From: Tubulanus polymorphus
Taxonomy: Eukaryota > Animalia > Nemertea
Length of the DNA stretch: 64,000 nucleotides
Direction of reading: 5' to 3'
NCBI RefSeq assembly: GCF_964204645.1
Contig: NW_027437452.1
Coordinates: 39,400 to 103,399, forward strand
This document shows positions 13,601 to 24,814 of the stretch, piece by piece (position 1 is the first letter of the stretch; each line of letters starts with the position of its first letter). A model generated the notes under the pieces. It was not told where the DNA came from. It searched no databases and saw only the letters and a program-made list of their open reading frames with translations. A program made the position numbers and the translations under genes.

Positions 13601-16600
13601 TTGTCGTTTTTTCGATAGGGGGAATATTTGATACGAAATCGTCTTTTCTCGCGCTGAACGACGTTTTCGCGTCGAAAAGTGCTTTTCCTGACGATTTGAG
13701 CGCTTTTACGCATCGACATTGTCGTTTTTCCGATAGGGGGAATATTTGATACGAAAACGTCTTTTCTCGCGCTGTACGACGTTTTTGCGTCGAAAAGTGC
13801 TTTTCCTGACGATTTGAGCGCTTTTACGCATCGACATTGTCGTTTTTTCGATAGGGGGAATATTTGATACGAAAACGTCTTTTCTCGCGCTGAACGACGT
13901 TTTCGCGTCGAAAAGTGCTTTTCCTGACGATTTGAGCGCTTTTACGCATCGACATTGTCGTTTTTCCGATAGGGGGAATATTTGATACGAAAACGTCTTT
14001 TCTCGCGCTGTACGACGTTTTTGCGTCGAAAAGTGCTTTTCCTGACGATTTGAGCGCTTTTACGCATCGACATTGTCGTTTTCCGGATAGGGGGAATATT
14101 TGATACGAAAACGTCTTTTCTCGCGCTGAACGACGTTTTCGGTCCGAAAAGTGCTTTTCCTGACGATTTGAGCGCTTTTACGCAACGACATTGTCGTTTT
14201 CCCGATAGGGGGAATATTTGATACGAAAACGTCTTTTCTCGCGCTGAACGACGTTTTTGCGTCGAAAAGTGCTTTTCCTGACGATTTGAGCGCTTTTACG
14301 CATCGACATTGTCGTTTTCCCGATAGGGGGAATATTTGATACGAAAACGTCTTTTCTCGCGCTGAACGACGTTTACGGGTCGAAAAGTGCTTTTCCTGAC
14401 GATTTGAGCGCTTTTACGCATCGACATTGTCGTTTTTCCGATAGGGGGAATATTTGATACGAAAACGTCTCTTCTCGCGCTGAACGACGTTTTCGGGTCG
14501 AAAAGTGCTTTTCCTGACGATTTGAGCGCTTTTACGCATCGACATTGTCGTTTTTTCGATAGGGGGAATATTTGATACGAAAACGTCTTTTCTCGCGCTG
14601 AACGACGTTTTCGCGTCGAAAAGTGCTTTACCTGACGATTTGAGCGCTTTTACGCATCGACATTGTCGTTTTTCCGATAGGGGGAATATTTGATACGAAA
14701 ACGTCTTTTCTCGCGCTGTACGACGTTTTTGCGTCGAAAAGTGCTTTTCCTGACGATTTGAGCGCTTTTACGCATCGACATTGTCGTTTTCCCGATAGGG
14801 GGAATATTTGATACGAAAACTTCTTTTCTCGCGCTGAACGACGTTTTCGGGTCGAAAAGTGCTTTTCCTGACGATTTGAGCGCTTTTACGCATCGACATT
14901 GTCGTTTTTCCGATAGGGGGAATATTTGATACGAAAACGTATTTTCTCGCGCTGTACGAAGTTTTCGCGTCGAAAAGTGCTTTTCCTGACGATTTGAGCG
15001 CTTTTACGCATCGACATTGTCGTTTTTCCGATCGGGGGAATATTTGATACGAAAACGTCTTTTCTCGCGCTGTACGACGTTTTCGCGTCGAAAAGTGTTT
15101 TTCCTGACGATTTGAGCGCTTTTACGCATCGACATTGTCGTTTTCCCGATAGGGGGAATATTTGATACGAAAACGTCTCTTCTCGCGCTGAACGACGTTT
15201 TCGGGTCGAAAAGTCCTTTTCCTGACGATTTGAGCGCTTTTACGCATCGACATTGTCGTTTTTTCGTTAGGGGGAATATTTGATACGAAAACGTCTTTTC
15301 TCGCGCTGAACGACGTTTTCGCGTCGAAAAGTGCTTTTCCTGACGATTTGAGCGCTTTTACGCATCGACATTGTCGTTTTTCCGATAGGGGGAATATTTG
15401 ATACGAAAACGTATTTTCTCGCGCTGTACGACGTTTTCGCGTCGAAAAGTGCTTTTCCTGACGATTTGAGCGCTTTTACGCATCGACACTGTCGTTTTCC
15501 CGATAGGGGGAATATTTGATACGAAAACGTCTTTTCTCGCGCTGAACGACGTTTTCGGGTCGAAAAGTGCTTTTCCTGACGATTTGAGCGCTTTTACGCA
15601 TCGACATTGTCGTTTTTCCGATAGGGGGAATATTTAATACGAAAACGTCTTTTCTCGCGCTGAACGACGTTTTCGGGTCGAAAAGTGCTTTTCCTGACGA
15701 TTTGAGCGCTTTTACGCATCGACATTGTCGTTTTTTCGATAGGGGGAATATTTGATACGAAAACGTCTTTTCTCGCGCTGAACGACGTTTTCGGGTCGAA
15801 AAGTGCTTTTCCTGACGATTTGAGCGCTTTTACGCATCGACATTGTCGTTTTTCCGATAGGGGGAATATTTGATACGAAAACGTCTTTTCTCGCGCTGAA
15901 CGACGTTTTCGGGTCGAAAAGTGCTTTTCCTGACGATTTGAGCGCTTTTACGCATCGACATTGTCGTTTTTCCGATAGGGGGAATATTTGATACGAAAAC
16001 GTCTTTTCTCGCGCTGAACGACGTTTTCGGGTCGAAAAGTGCTTTTCCTGACGATTTGAGCGCTTTTACGCATCGACATTGTCGTTTTTCCGATAGGGGG
16101 AATATTTGATACGAAAACGTATTTTCTCGCGCTGTACGACGTTTTCGCGTCGAAAAGTGCTTTTCCTGACGATTTGAGCGCTTTTACGCATCGACATTGT
16201 CGTTTTCCGGATAGGGGGAATATTTGATACGAAAACGTCTTTTCTCGCGCTGAACGACGTTTTCGGTCCGAAAAGTGCTTTTCCTGACGATTTGAGCGCT
16301 TTTACGCAACGACATTGTCGTTTTCCCGATAGGGGGAATATTTGATACGAAAACGTCTTTTCTCGCGCTGAACGACGTTTTTGCGTCGAAAAGTGCTTTT
16401 CCTGACGATTTGAGCGCTTTTACGCATCGACATTGTCGTTTTCCCGATAGGGGGAATATTTGATACGAAAACGTCTTTTCTCGCGCTGAACGACGTTTAC
16501 GGGTCGAAAAGTGCTTTTCCTGACGATTTGAGCGCTTTTACGCATCGACATTGTCGTTTTTTCGATAGGGGGAATATTTGATACGAAAACGTCTTTTCTC

Positions 16601-19600
16601 GCGCTGAACGACGTTTTCGGTCCGAAAAGTGCTTTTCCTGACCATTTGAGCGCTTTTACGCATCGACATTGTCGTTTTCCCGATAGGGGGAATATTTGAT
16701 ACGAAAACGTCTTTTCTCGCGCTGAACGACGTTTTCGGGTCGAAAAGTGCTTTTCCTGACGATTTGAGCGCTTTTATGCATCGACATTGTCGTTTTTCCG
16801 ATAGGGGGAATATTTGATACGAAAACGTCTTTTCTCGCGCTGAACGACGTTTTCGGGTCGAAAAGTGCTTTTCCTGACGATTTGAGCGCTTTTATGCATC
16901 GACATTGTCGTTTTTTCGATAGGGGGAATATTTGATACGAAAACGTCTTTTCTCGCGCTGAACGACGTTTTCGCGTCGAAAAGTGCTTTTCCTGACGATT
17001 TGAGCGCTTTTACGCATCGACATTGTCGTTTTTCCGATAGGGGGAATATTTGATACGAAAACGTCTTTTCTCGCGCTGTACGACGTTTTTGCGTCGAAAA
17101 GTGCTTTTCCTGACGATTTGAGCGCTTTTACGCATCGACATTGTCGTTTTCCCGATAGGGGGAATATTTGATACGAAAACGTCTTTTCTCGCGCTGAACG
17201 ACGTTTTCGGGTCGAAAAGTGCTTTTCCTGACGATTTGAGCGCTTTTACGCATCGACATTGTCGTTTTTCCGATAGGGGGAATATTTGATACGAAAACGT
17301 CTTTTCTCGCGCTGAACGACGTTTTCGGGTCGAAAAGTGCTTTTCCTGACGATTTGAGCGCTTTTACGCATCGACATTGTCGTTTTTTCGATAGGGGGAA
17401 TATTTGATACGAAAACGTCTTTTCTCGCGCTGAACGACGTTTTCGCGTCGAAAAGTGCTTTTCCTGACGATTTGAGCGCTTTTACGCATCGACATTGTCG
17501 TTTTTCCGATAGGGGGAATATTTGATACGAAAACGTCTTTTCTCGCGCTGTACGACGTTTTTGCGTCGAAAAGTGCTTTTCCTGACGATTTGAGCGCTTT
17601 TACGCATCGACATTGTCGTTTTCCCGATAGGGGGAATATTTGATACGAAAACGTCTTTTCTCGCGCTGAACGACGTTTTCGGGTCGAAAAGTGCTTTTCC
17701 TGACGATTTGAGCGCTTTTACGCATCGACATTGTCGTTTTTCCGATAGGGGGAATATTTGATACGAAAACGTCTTTTCTCGCGCTGAACGACGTTTTCGG
17801 GTCGAAAAGTGCTTTTCCTGACGATTTGAGCGCTTTTACGCATCGACATTGTCGTTTTTTCGATAGGGGGAATATTTGATACGAAAACGTCTTTTCTCGC
17901 GCTGAACGACGTTTTCGCGTCGAAAAGTGCTTTTCCTGACGATTTGAGCGCTTTTACGCATCGACATTGTCGTTTTTCCGATAGGGGGAATATTTGATAC
18001 GAAAACGTCTTTTCTCGCGCTGTACGACGTTTTTGCGTCGAAAAGTGCTTTTCCTGACGATTTGAGCGCTTTTACGCATCGACATTGTCGTTTTCCCGAT
18101 AGGGGGAATATTTGATACGAAAACTTCTTTTCTCGCGCTGAACGACGTTTTCGGGTCGAAAAGTGCTTTTTCTGACGATTTGAGCGCTTTTACGCATCGA
18201 CATTGTCGTTTTTCCGATAGGGGGAATATTTGATACGAAAACGTCTTTTCTCGCGCTGAACGACGTTTTCGGGTCGAAAAGTGCTTTTCCTGACGATTTG
18301 AGCGCTTTTACGCATCGACATTGTCGTTTTCCCGATAGGGTGAATATTTGATACGAAAACGTCTTTTCTCGCGCTGAACGACGTTTTCGGGTCGAAAAGT
18401 GCTTTTCCTGACGATTTGAGCGCTTTTACGCATCGACATTGTCGTTTTTTCGATAGGGGGAATATTTGATACGAAAACGTCTTTTCTCGCGCTGAACGAC
18501 GTTTTCGCGTCGAAAAGTGCTTTTCCTGACGATTTGAGCGCTTTTACGCATCGACATTGTCGTTTTTCCGATAGGGGGAATATTTGATACGAAAACGTCT
18601 TTTCTCGCGCTGTACGACGTTTTTGCGTCGAAAAGTGCTTTTCCTGACGATTTGAGCGCTTTTACGCATCGACATTGTCGTTTTCCCGATAGGGGGAATA
18701 TTTGATACGAAAACGTCTTTTCTCGCGCTGAACGACGTTTTCGGTCCGAAAAGTGCTTTTCCTGACGATTTGAGCGCTTTTACGCATCGACATTGTCGTT
18801 TTCCCGATAGGGGGAATATTTGATACGAAAACGTCTTTTCTCGCGCTGAACGACGTTTTTGGGTCGAAAAGTGCTTTTCCTGACGATTTGAGCGCTTTTA
18901 CGCATCGACATTGTCGTTTTTTCGATAGGGGGAATATTTGATACGAAAACGTCTTTTCTCGCGCTGAACGACGTTTTCGCGTCGAAAAGTGCTTTTCCTG
19001 ACGATTTGAGCGCTTTTACGCATCGACATTGTCGTTTTTCCGATAGGGGGAATATTTGATACGAAAACGTCTTTTCTCGCGCTGTACGACGTTTTTGCGT
19101 CGAAAAGTGCTTTTCCTGACGATTTGAGCGCTTTTACGCATCGACATTGTCGTTTTCCCGATAGGGGGAATATTTGATACGAAAACGTCTTTTCTCGCGC
19201 TGAACGACGTTTACGGGTCGAAAAGTGCTTTTCCTGACGATTTGAGCGCTTTTACGCATCGACATTGTCGTTTTCCCGATAGGGGGAATATTTGATACGA
19301 AAACGTCTTTTCTCGCGCTGAACGACGTTTTCGGGTCGAAAAGTGCTTTTCCTGACGATTTGAGCGCTTTTACGCATCGACATTGTCGTTTTTCCGATAG
19401 GGGGAATATTTGATACGAAAACGTCTTTTCTCGCGCTGAACGACGTTTTCGGGTCGAAAAGTGCTTTTCCTGACGATTTGAGCGCTTTTACGCATCGACA
19501 TTGTCGTTTTTTCGATAGGGGGAATATTTGATACGAAAACGTCTTTTCTCGCGCTGAACGACGTTTTCGGGTCGAAAAGTGCTTTTCCTGACGATTTGAG

Positions 19601-21238
19601 CGCTTTTACGCATCGACATTGTCGTTTTTTCGATAGGGGGAATATTTGATACGAAAACGTCTTTTCTCGCGCTGAACGACGTTTTCGGGTCGAAAAGTGC
19701 TTTTCCTGACGATTTGAGCGCTTTTACGCATCGACATTGTCGTTTTCCCGATAGGGGGAATATTTGATACGAAAACGTCTTTTCTCGCGCTGAACGACGT
19801 TTTCGGGTCGAAAAGTGCTTTTCCTGACGATTTGAGCGCTTTTACGCATCGACATTGTCGTTTTTTCGATAGGGGGAATATGTGATACGAAAACGTCTTT
19901 TCTCGCGCTGAACGACGTTTTCGCGTCGAAAAGTGCTTTTCCTGACGATTTGAGCGCTTTTACGCATCGACATTGTCGTTTTTCCGATAGGGGGAATATT
20001 TGATACGAAAACGTCTTTTCTCGCGCTGTACGACGTTTTTGCGTCGAAAAGTGCTTTTCCTGACGATTTGAGCGCTTTTACGCATCGACATTGTCGTTTT
20101 CCCGATAGGGGGAATATTTGATACGAAAACGTCTTTTCTCGCGCTGAACGACGTTTTCGGTCCGAAAAGTGCTTTTCCTGACGATTTGAGCGCTTTTACG
20201 CATCGACATTGTCGTTTTCCCGATAGGGGGAATATTTGATACGAAAACGTCTTTTCTCGCGCTGAACGACGTTTTTGGGTCGAAAAGTGCTTTTCCTGAC
20301 GATTTGAGCGCTTTTACGCATCGACATTGTCGTTTTTTCGATAGGGGGAATATTTGATACGAAAACGTCTTTTCTCGCGCTGAACGACGTTTTCGCGTCG
20401 AAAAGTGCTTTTCCTGACGATTTGAGCGCTTTTACGCATCGACATTGTCGTTTTTCCGATAGGGGGAATATTTGATACGAAAACGTCTTTTCTCGCGCTG
20501 TACGACGTTTTTGCGTCGAAAAGTGCTTTTCCTGACGATTTGAGCGCTTTTACGCATCGACATTGTCGTTTTCCCGATAGGGGGAATATTTGATACGAAA
20601 ACGTCTTTTCTCGCGCTGAACGACGTTTTCGGGTCGAAAAGTGCTTTTCCTGACGATTTGAGCGCTTTTACGCATCGACATTGTCGTTTTTCCGATAGGG
20701 GGAATATTTGATACGAAAACGTCTTTTCTCGCGCTGAACGACGTTTTCGGGTCGAAAAGTGCTTTTCCTGACGATTTGAGCGCTTTTACGCATCGACATT
20801 GTCGTTTTTTCGATAGGGGGAATATTTGATACGAAAACGTCTTTTCTCGCGCTGAACGACGTTTTCGCGTCGAAAAGTGCTTTTCCTGACGATTTGAGCG
20901 CTTTTACGCATCGACATTGTCGTTTTTCCGATAGGGGGAATATTTGATACGAAAACGTCTTTTCTCGCGCTGTACGACGTTTTTGCGTCGAAAAGTGCTT
21001 TTCCTGACGATTTGAGCGCTTTTACGCATCGACATTGTCGTTTTCCCGATAGGGGGAATATTTGATACGAAAACTTCTTTTCTCGCGCTGAACGACGTTT
21101 TCGGGTCGAAAAGTGCTTTTCCTGACGATTTGAGCGCTTTTACGCATCGACATTGTCGTTTTTCCGATAGGGGGAATATTTGATACGAAAACGTCTTTTC
21201 TCGCGCTGAACGACGTTTTCGGGTCGAAAAGTGCTTTT
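1621..21238. repeat. Homogeneous 118-bp tandem satellite array, left of the insertion (~166 monomers)
   Basis: Monomer TTACGCATCGACATTGTCGTTTTTCCGATAGGGGGAATATTTGATACGAAAACGTCTTTTCTCGCGCTGAACGACGTTTTCGGGTCGAAAAGTGCTTTTCCTGACGATTTGAGCGCTT repeats with period 118 and only a few recurrent SNVs. Confidence 0.98.
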
Positions 21239-21619
21239 TGCAACAGAAAATAAGTCGGAACAAATTGTTAGATGGAAAAGGCCAAGCGCCCCAGCTGCTT
21301 GACGTTTATTTGAAAAATTATACCAAAACACGTGACAACCTAATTTGCTGTCACGTACAAAATTACAATATCATCAATCTAACAAAGAAATACAAAGTCA
21401 TACAAAACTAACTAGGTCAACCGCCCCAGCTGGATTGACCTAGTTTCTGATTTAAACAATTATCGGAAAAAATACTACGCGGTCAAACGCCCCTGCTGTT
21501 TGACCTATTTATGAATACAAGTAACTACACCACTATTACTAAGAAGTCAAACGCCCCAGCTGTTTGACCTAGTTCGGAGTAAAAAGTCCTCGATTAATCG
21601 TAAGTGGGCTATAAAAATG
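21235..21619 (-). repeat. Split direct repeat B2 (3' terminus of the element, ~385 bp)
   Basis: Identical by eye to 21875-22259 (offset 640), from TTTTTGCAACAG to GGGCTATAAAAATG. Confidence 0.95.
21305..21310 (-). terminator. Candidate AATAAA polyadenylation signal in repeat B (second copy at 21945-21950)
   Basis: TTTATT on the + strand, ~70 bp before the element's 3' end. Motif match only. Confidence 0.4.
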
Positions 21620-21687
21620 GGCTAGAAAAGATTAATCGTAAGAGGGCTAACAAATGCCGTAGGCGCAGGTAGGGGATGGAGGGTGGT

Positions 21688-21878
21688 AAAATGTTAAACT
21701 TTACGCCTGAGTTCCGGAACTGAAAAGGACGTGTTTACTTCGCGTTGATTGGCTGGTTGGCTAATAGCACGAGGGCGGCGCCACCGGCTGGTGCTATGTT
21801 GCCCGCCGGGAGAAGAACTTCATTTTCTGTCGCAAAAATGCTGATGGGCAACTGGTCATTCGCACATCTTTTGTTTTT
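21688..21878 (-). repeat. Split direct repeat A2 (internal copy, ~191 bp)
   Basis: Identical by eye to 27728-27918 (offset 6040). Abuts B1 through a shared T6 run. Confidence 0.95.
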
Positions 21879-22259
21879 TGCAACAGAAAATAAGTCGGAA
21901 CAAATTGTTAGATGGAAAAGGCCAAGCGCCCCAGCTGCTTGACGTTTATTTGAAAAATTATACCAAAACACGTGACAACCTAATTTGCTGTCACGTACAA
22001 AATTACAATATCATCAATCTAACAAAGAAATACAAAGTCATACAAAACTAACTAGGTCAACCGCCCCAGCTGGATTGACCTAGTTTCTGATTTAAACAAT
22101 TATCGGAAAAAATACTACGCGGTCAAACGCCCCTGCTGTTTGACCTATTTATGAATACAAGTAACTACACCACTATTACTAAGAAGTCAAACGCCCCAGC
22201 TGTTTGACCTAGTTCGGAGTAAAAAGTCCTCGATTAATCGTAAGTGGGCTATAAAAATG
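21875..22259 (-). repeat. Split direct repeat B1 (internal copy, immediately after the YR stop codon)
   Basis: Identical by eye to 21235-21619. The B1/A2 join reproduces the predicted circle junction. Confidence 0.95.
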
Positions 22260-22295
22260 CCACAAAGCCACCCACCTGTGGCTGAGCCCACACGA

Positions 22296-23249
22296 TCACC
22301 TCGCAATCCTTATGTATTTACGGAAGGCCTCGGAATTCCACCGGCCTGCCGCCCTAATCTGTGCGTCGGGGACTCCCCTCGATGCTGCATCGGTTGCAGC
22401 GCCGATGCGGAAGGAGTGACCCTTGAACGCCCTAGGTGACAGTTTACACCATTCCAGCAGGCACACGAGGCGACGGTCGAATGCTCGCCTTAACCACGGA
22501 GCTCCACTGCAGTCTATAAAAAGCGGGCCTGGACGCGGGCCTCGGCGCTGTAAATAAGTGGTGATAGTCGATCGGGCATCGGTAACCCTGGTCGAAAGGG
22601 AGGAAAAATCAACCTGTATGACCTGAGGGCCAACGCGTGCGCTGTGCTTAAACTTCTTTAGGACTATTTGGAGACCAAAGGCGGTGAGTGCCACGTCTTC
22701 GAGCTGTACTACACTCTGCGTTAGGGCGAGTGTCCTCGGTAAGAGCTCCCCTAGGCGGAAATAACCACAAAACGCGATGGTCATAACCGATTTCACTAAA
22801 AGGCGGTTGTAGGACAGACTTTCCGTCACAGCAAGACAGTCAAATAAACGGGCCAAAACATCTGCGGTAATTGGGAGACGAACGTCGAAACTCCGCGATA
22901 GATTTCTCGCGCCTGCTAACATTTTCTGAATGATAAATGATCGACAAGGGTCGGCTTCCCCTTTTATCTTGTGAAAATATGAAATTGCCGACAATGTCGA
23001 CGCAGTAGCTGCGGCCGACAAACCCTTTTCGTGCAAATGTGCGACGAACAAGACGATGGAATATTCTGAAAGTGGGACCAAAATTGTGATGCCCAACTGC
23101 TGGCCAAACGCGACTAGCTTACCCCAAGACCGATCATAGGCCTTCGCGGTTTCCGTCGTCAAAGCCGCTGCTAACAGGGCGTCTATAGTAGGTTTATATT
23201 TGCTGGCAGCCAAGACTGGGGAACCGGCGTAGGTTGAGGGTCGGCCCAT
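22296..23249 (-). CDS. Tyrosine recombinase (phage-integrase family) of the retrotransposon, 317 aa
   Basis: Catalytic residues R (FCGYFRLGEL), K (LKKFKHS), HxxR (GHSFRIGAAT), W and Y (GRWNSEAFRKYIR). N-terminal core-binding region (TAKAY...W...F; STLSAISYFH). Overlaps the 3' end of the RT ORF by 67 bp. Confidence 0.95.
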   Translation of the reverse strand: MGRPSTYAGSPVLAASKYKPTIDALLAAALTTETAKAYDRSWGKLVAFGQQLGITILVPLSEYSIVLFVAHLHEKGLSAAATASTLSAISYFHKIKGEADPCRSFIIQKMLAGARNLSRSFDVRLPITADVLARLFDCLAVTESLSYNRLLVKSVMTIAFCGYFRLGELLPRTLALTQSVVQLEDVALTAFGLQIVLKKFKHSARVGPQVIQVDFSSLSTRVTDARSTITTYLQRRGPRPGPLFIDCSGAPWLRRAFDRRLVCLLEWCKLSPRAFKGHSFRIGAATDAASRGVPDAQIRAAGRWNSEAFRKYIRIAR

Positions 23250-24814
23250 GGCGCTTCCATGCGAAATCGACGAAACTGGAACCGAGAAAGTAGGTCGGGT
23301 AAAATGTTATATTTTCCGGGTATATGTTCGCTAATGAAAACGATGTTAAATTTCAAACAAACAGAGACCATCTTGCGTACGAGGGTCATCATAGCCTTGT
23401 CCCGTGAAGATTGTTTATTAATAACGTGGACCACCGATTGGTTATCGGAATTAAAACATATAGTCTTATTTTTCCAATGTGCCCCCCAGATTGATAGTGC
23501 GGCAACGATTGGGTATAGTTCAAGGACCGCGATCGAACAAGACTTCCAGCTTAAAGGCCACGAACCGTGGAACCAGTGGGTGCCGTAAACGGCACCGTAA
23601 CCAAAAGCACCGGCGGAATCAGTGTACAAATTCAAACGATCGTTAGTGAGCTTACGCTCATCGATGAAAAATGATCGACCGTTAAAATTTGAAAGGAAGA
23701 CGTTCCAGACCCGGAGATCATTCTTCGCGCTCGCCGTCAGTGAAATGTGCAACGAACGGTGAGGCACGCCCACGGTGAGGTCGATCAGCCTCCTGAGAAA
23801 CGGTCGTCCCGGTACGATGACTGAGCAGGCAAAATTCAACGTCCCTAGTAGTGACTGTAACTCTCGCAAAGTCACTTTCCGTTTAGACAGGAATGTTTCC
23901 ACCAGGGCCATGCATTTTGCCAATTTATCTTCCGGCAAACGTGCCTCGTGCAAAATAGTATCGAGCATGATGCCGGCAAACGGTAGGATTTGCGACGGGC
24001 GAAAAGTTTTGACTTCCTTTATGGGTACGCCGAGCTGTTCGCATAGGTCAAGAAAATTTATCAGATCGCGGTCGCACTTAGATTTGCCCTTAGCAATAAT
24101 CAAAAAATCATCTAAAATATGTACAATGTGGGAAATCCCGAGCTTATTAATCGCAATCCATTTAATACACGACGAGAACCGGTCAAAAATCGCGCAGGAG
24201 CTGGCTGCGCCCATGGGCAGAACAGCGTCGACGTAAAAAAGACCGTCTAAAGTGAAACCCAACAGTGGTTGGTCTAACTTATGTATAGGGATTATCCTGA
24301 AAGCCGACTCTATGTCGGTCTTTGCTAGGAAAACATCGTCACCAAGGGACTTGATGATTTTAATCGCATCCTGGATTGTCGAGTATTTAATGGTGGATGC
24401 CTCCTCGGGAATAAAATCGTTTATCGACGAGCCTTCCGGGTACGATAGATGATGAATAACCCTAAAACCCCCGGAGCTTTTAGGAACTACCCCTAGGGGT
24501 GAAACGTGAATTGGGGTACCGTCCGGCATGAATGGAGTCTGAAAAGGGCCCAGAACTCTACCCGTTGCAAGCTCTTTGTTGACTCTTTCGCGTATCACGT
24601 CAGGGCGCTCCCTAGCGGACTTAAGGTTATCGACGCATTTGGTAGATGAGGGGCCAGAGAAAAAACTATCTAAGCGAAAACCCGAAGTAAAACCTTCAAT
24701 AATAATGTCACGATCCTCGGCCTTGTAATCGTAAATGTATTTTCTAAGTTCGGAAATTTTGACCGGCGTCGGCAAACTATGATTTGTAGGTGGGGTCGCT
24801 ACGTTTATGTCCAT
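23183..24814 (-). CDS. Reverse transcriptase / RNase H polyprotein (DIRS/Ngaro type), 543 aa
   Basis: RT motifs SPLGVVPK, FRVIHHLS, KTDIESAFRIIPI, LPMGAASS, HILDDF. RNase H motifs LYTDSAG, VLELYPI, SDNQSVV, HIPGKYNILPDLLSR. No protease, integrase or methyltransferase domain. Confidence 0.96.
   Translation of the reverse strand: MDINVATPPTNHSLPTPVKISELRKYIYDYKAEDRDIIIEGFTSGFRLDSFFSGPSSTKCVDNLKSARERPDVIRERVNKELATGRVLGPFQTPFMPDGTPIHVSPLGVVPKSSGGFRVIHHLSYPEGSSINDFIPEEASTIKYSTIQDAIKIIKSLGDDVFLAKTDIESAFRIIPIHKLDQPLLGFTLDGLFYVDAVLPMGAASSCAIFDRFSSCIKWIAINKLGISHIVHILDDFLIIAKGKSKCDRDLINFLDLCEQLGVPIKEVKTFRPSQILPFAGIMLDTILHEARLPEDKLAKCMALVETFLSKRKVTLRELQSLLGTLNFACSVIVPGRPFLRRLIDLTVGVPHRSLHISLTASAKNDLRVWNVFLSNFNGRSFFIDERKLTNDRLNLYTDSAGAFGYGAVYGTHWFHGSWPLSWKSCSIAVLELYPIVAALSIWGAHWKNKTICFNSDNQSVVHVINKQSSRDKAMMTLVRKMVSVCLKFNIVFISEHIPGKYNILPDLLSRFQFRRFRMEAPWADPQPTPVPQSWLPANINLL

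Noticed and set aside
1-21243. Numerous short ORFs (MSMRKSAQIVRK..., MRKRLFSR...) in the left satellite
   Set aside because: Translations of the 118-bp repeat, opened by chance SNVs or indels; no protein-family features.
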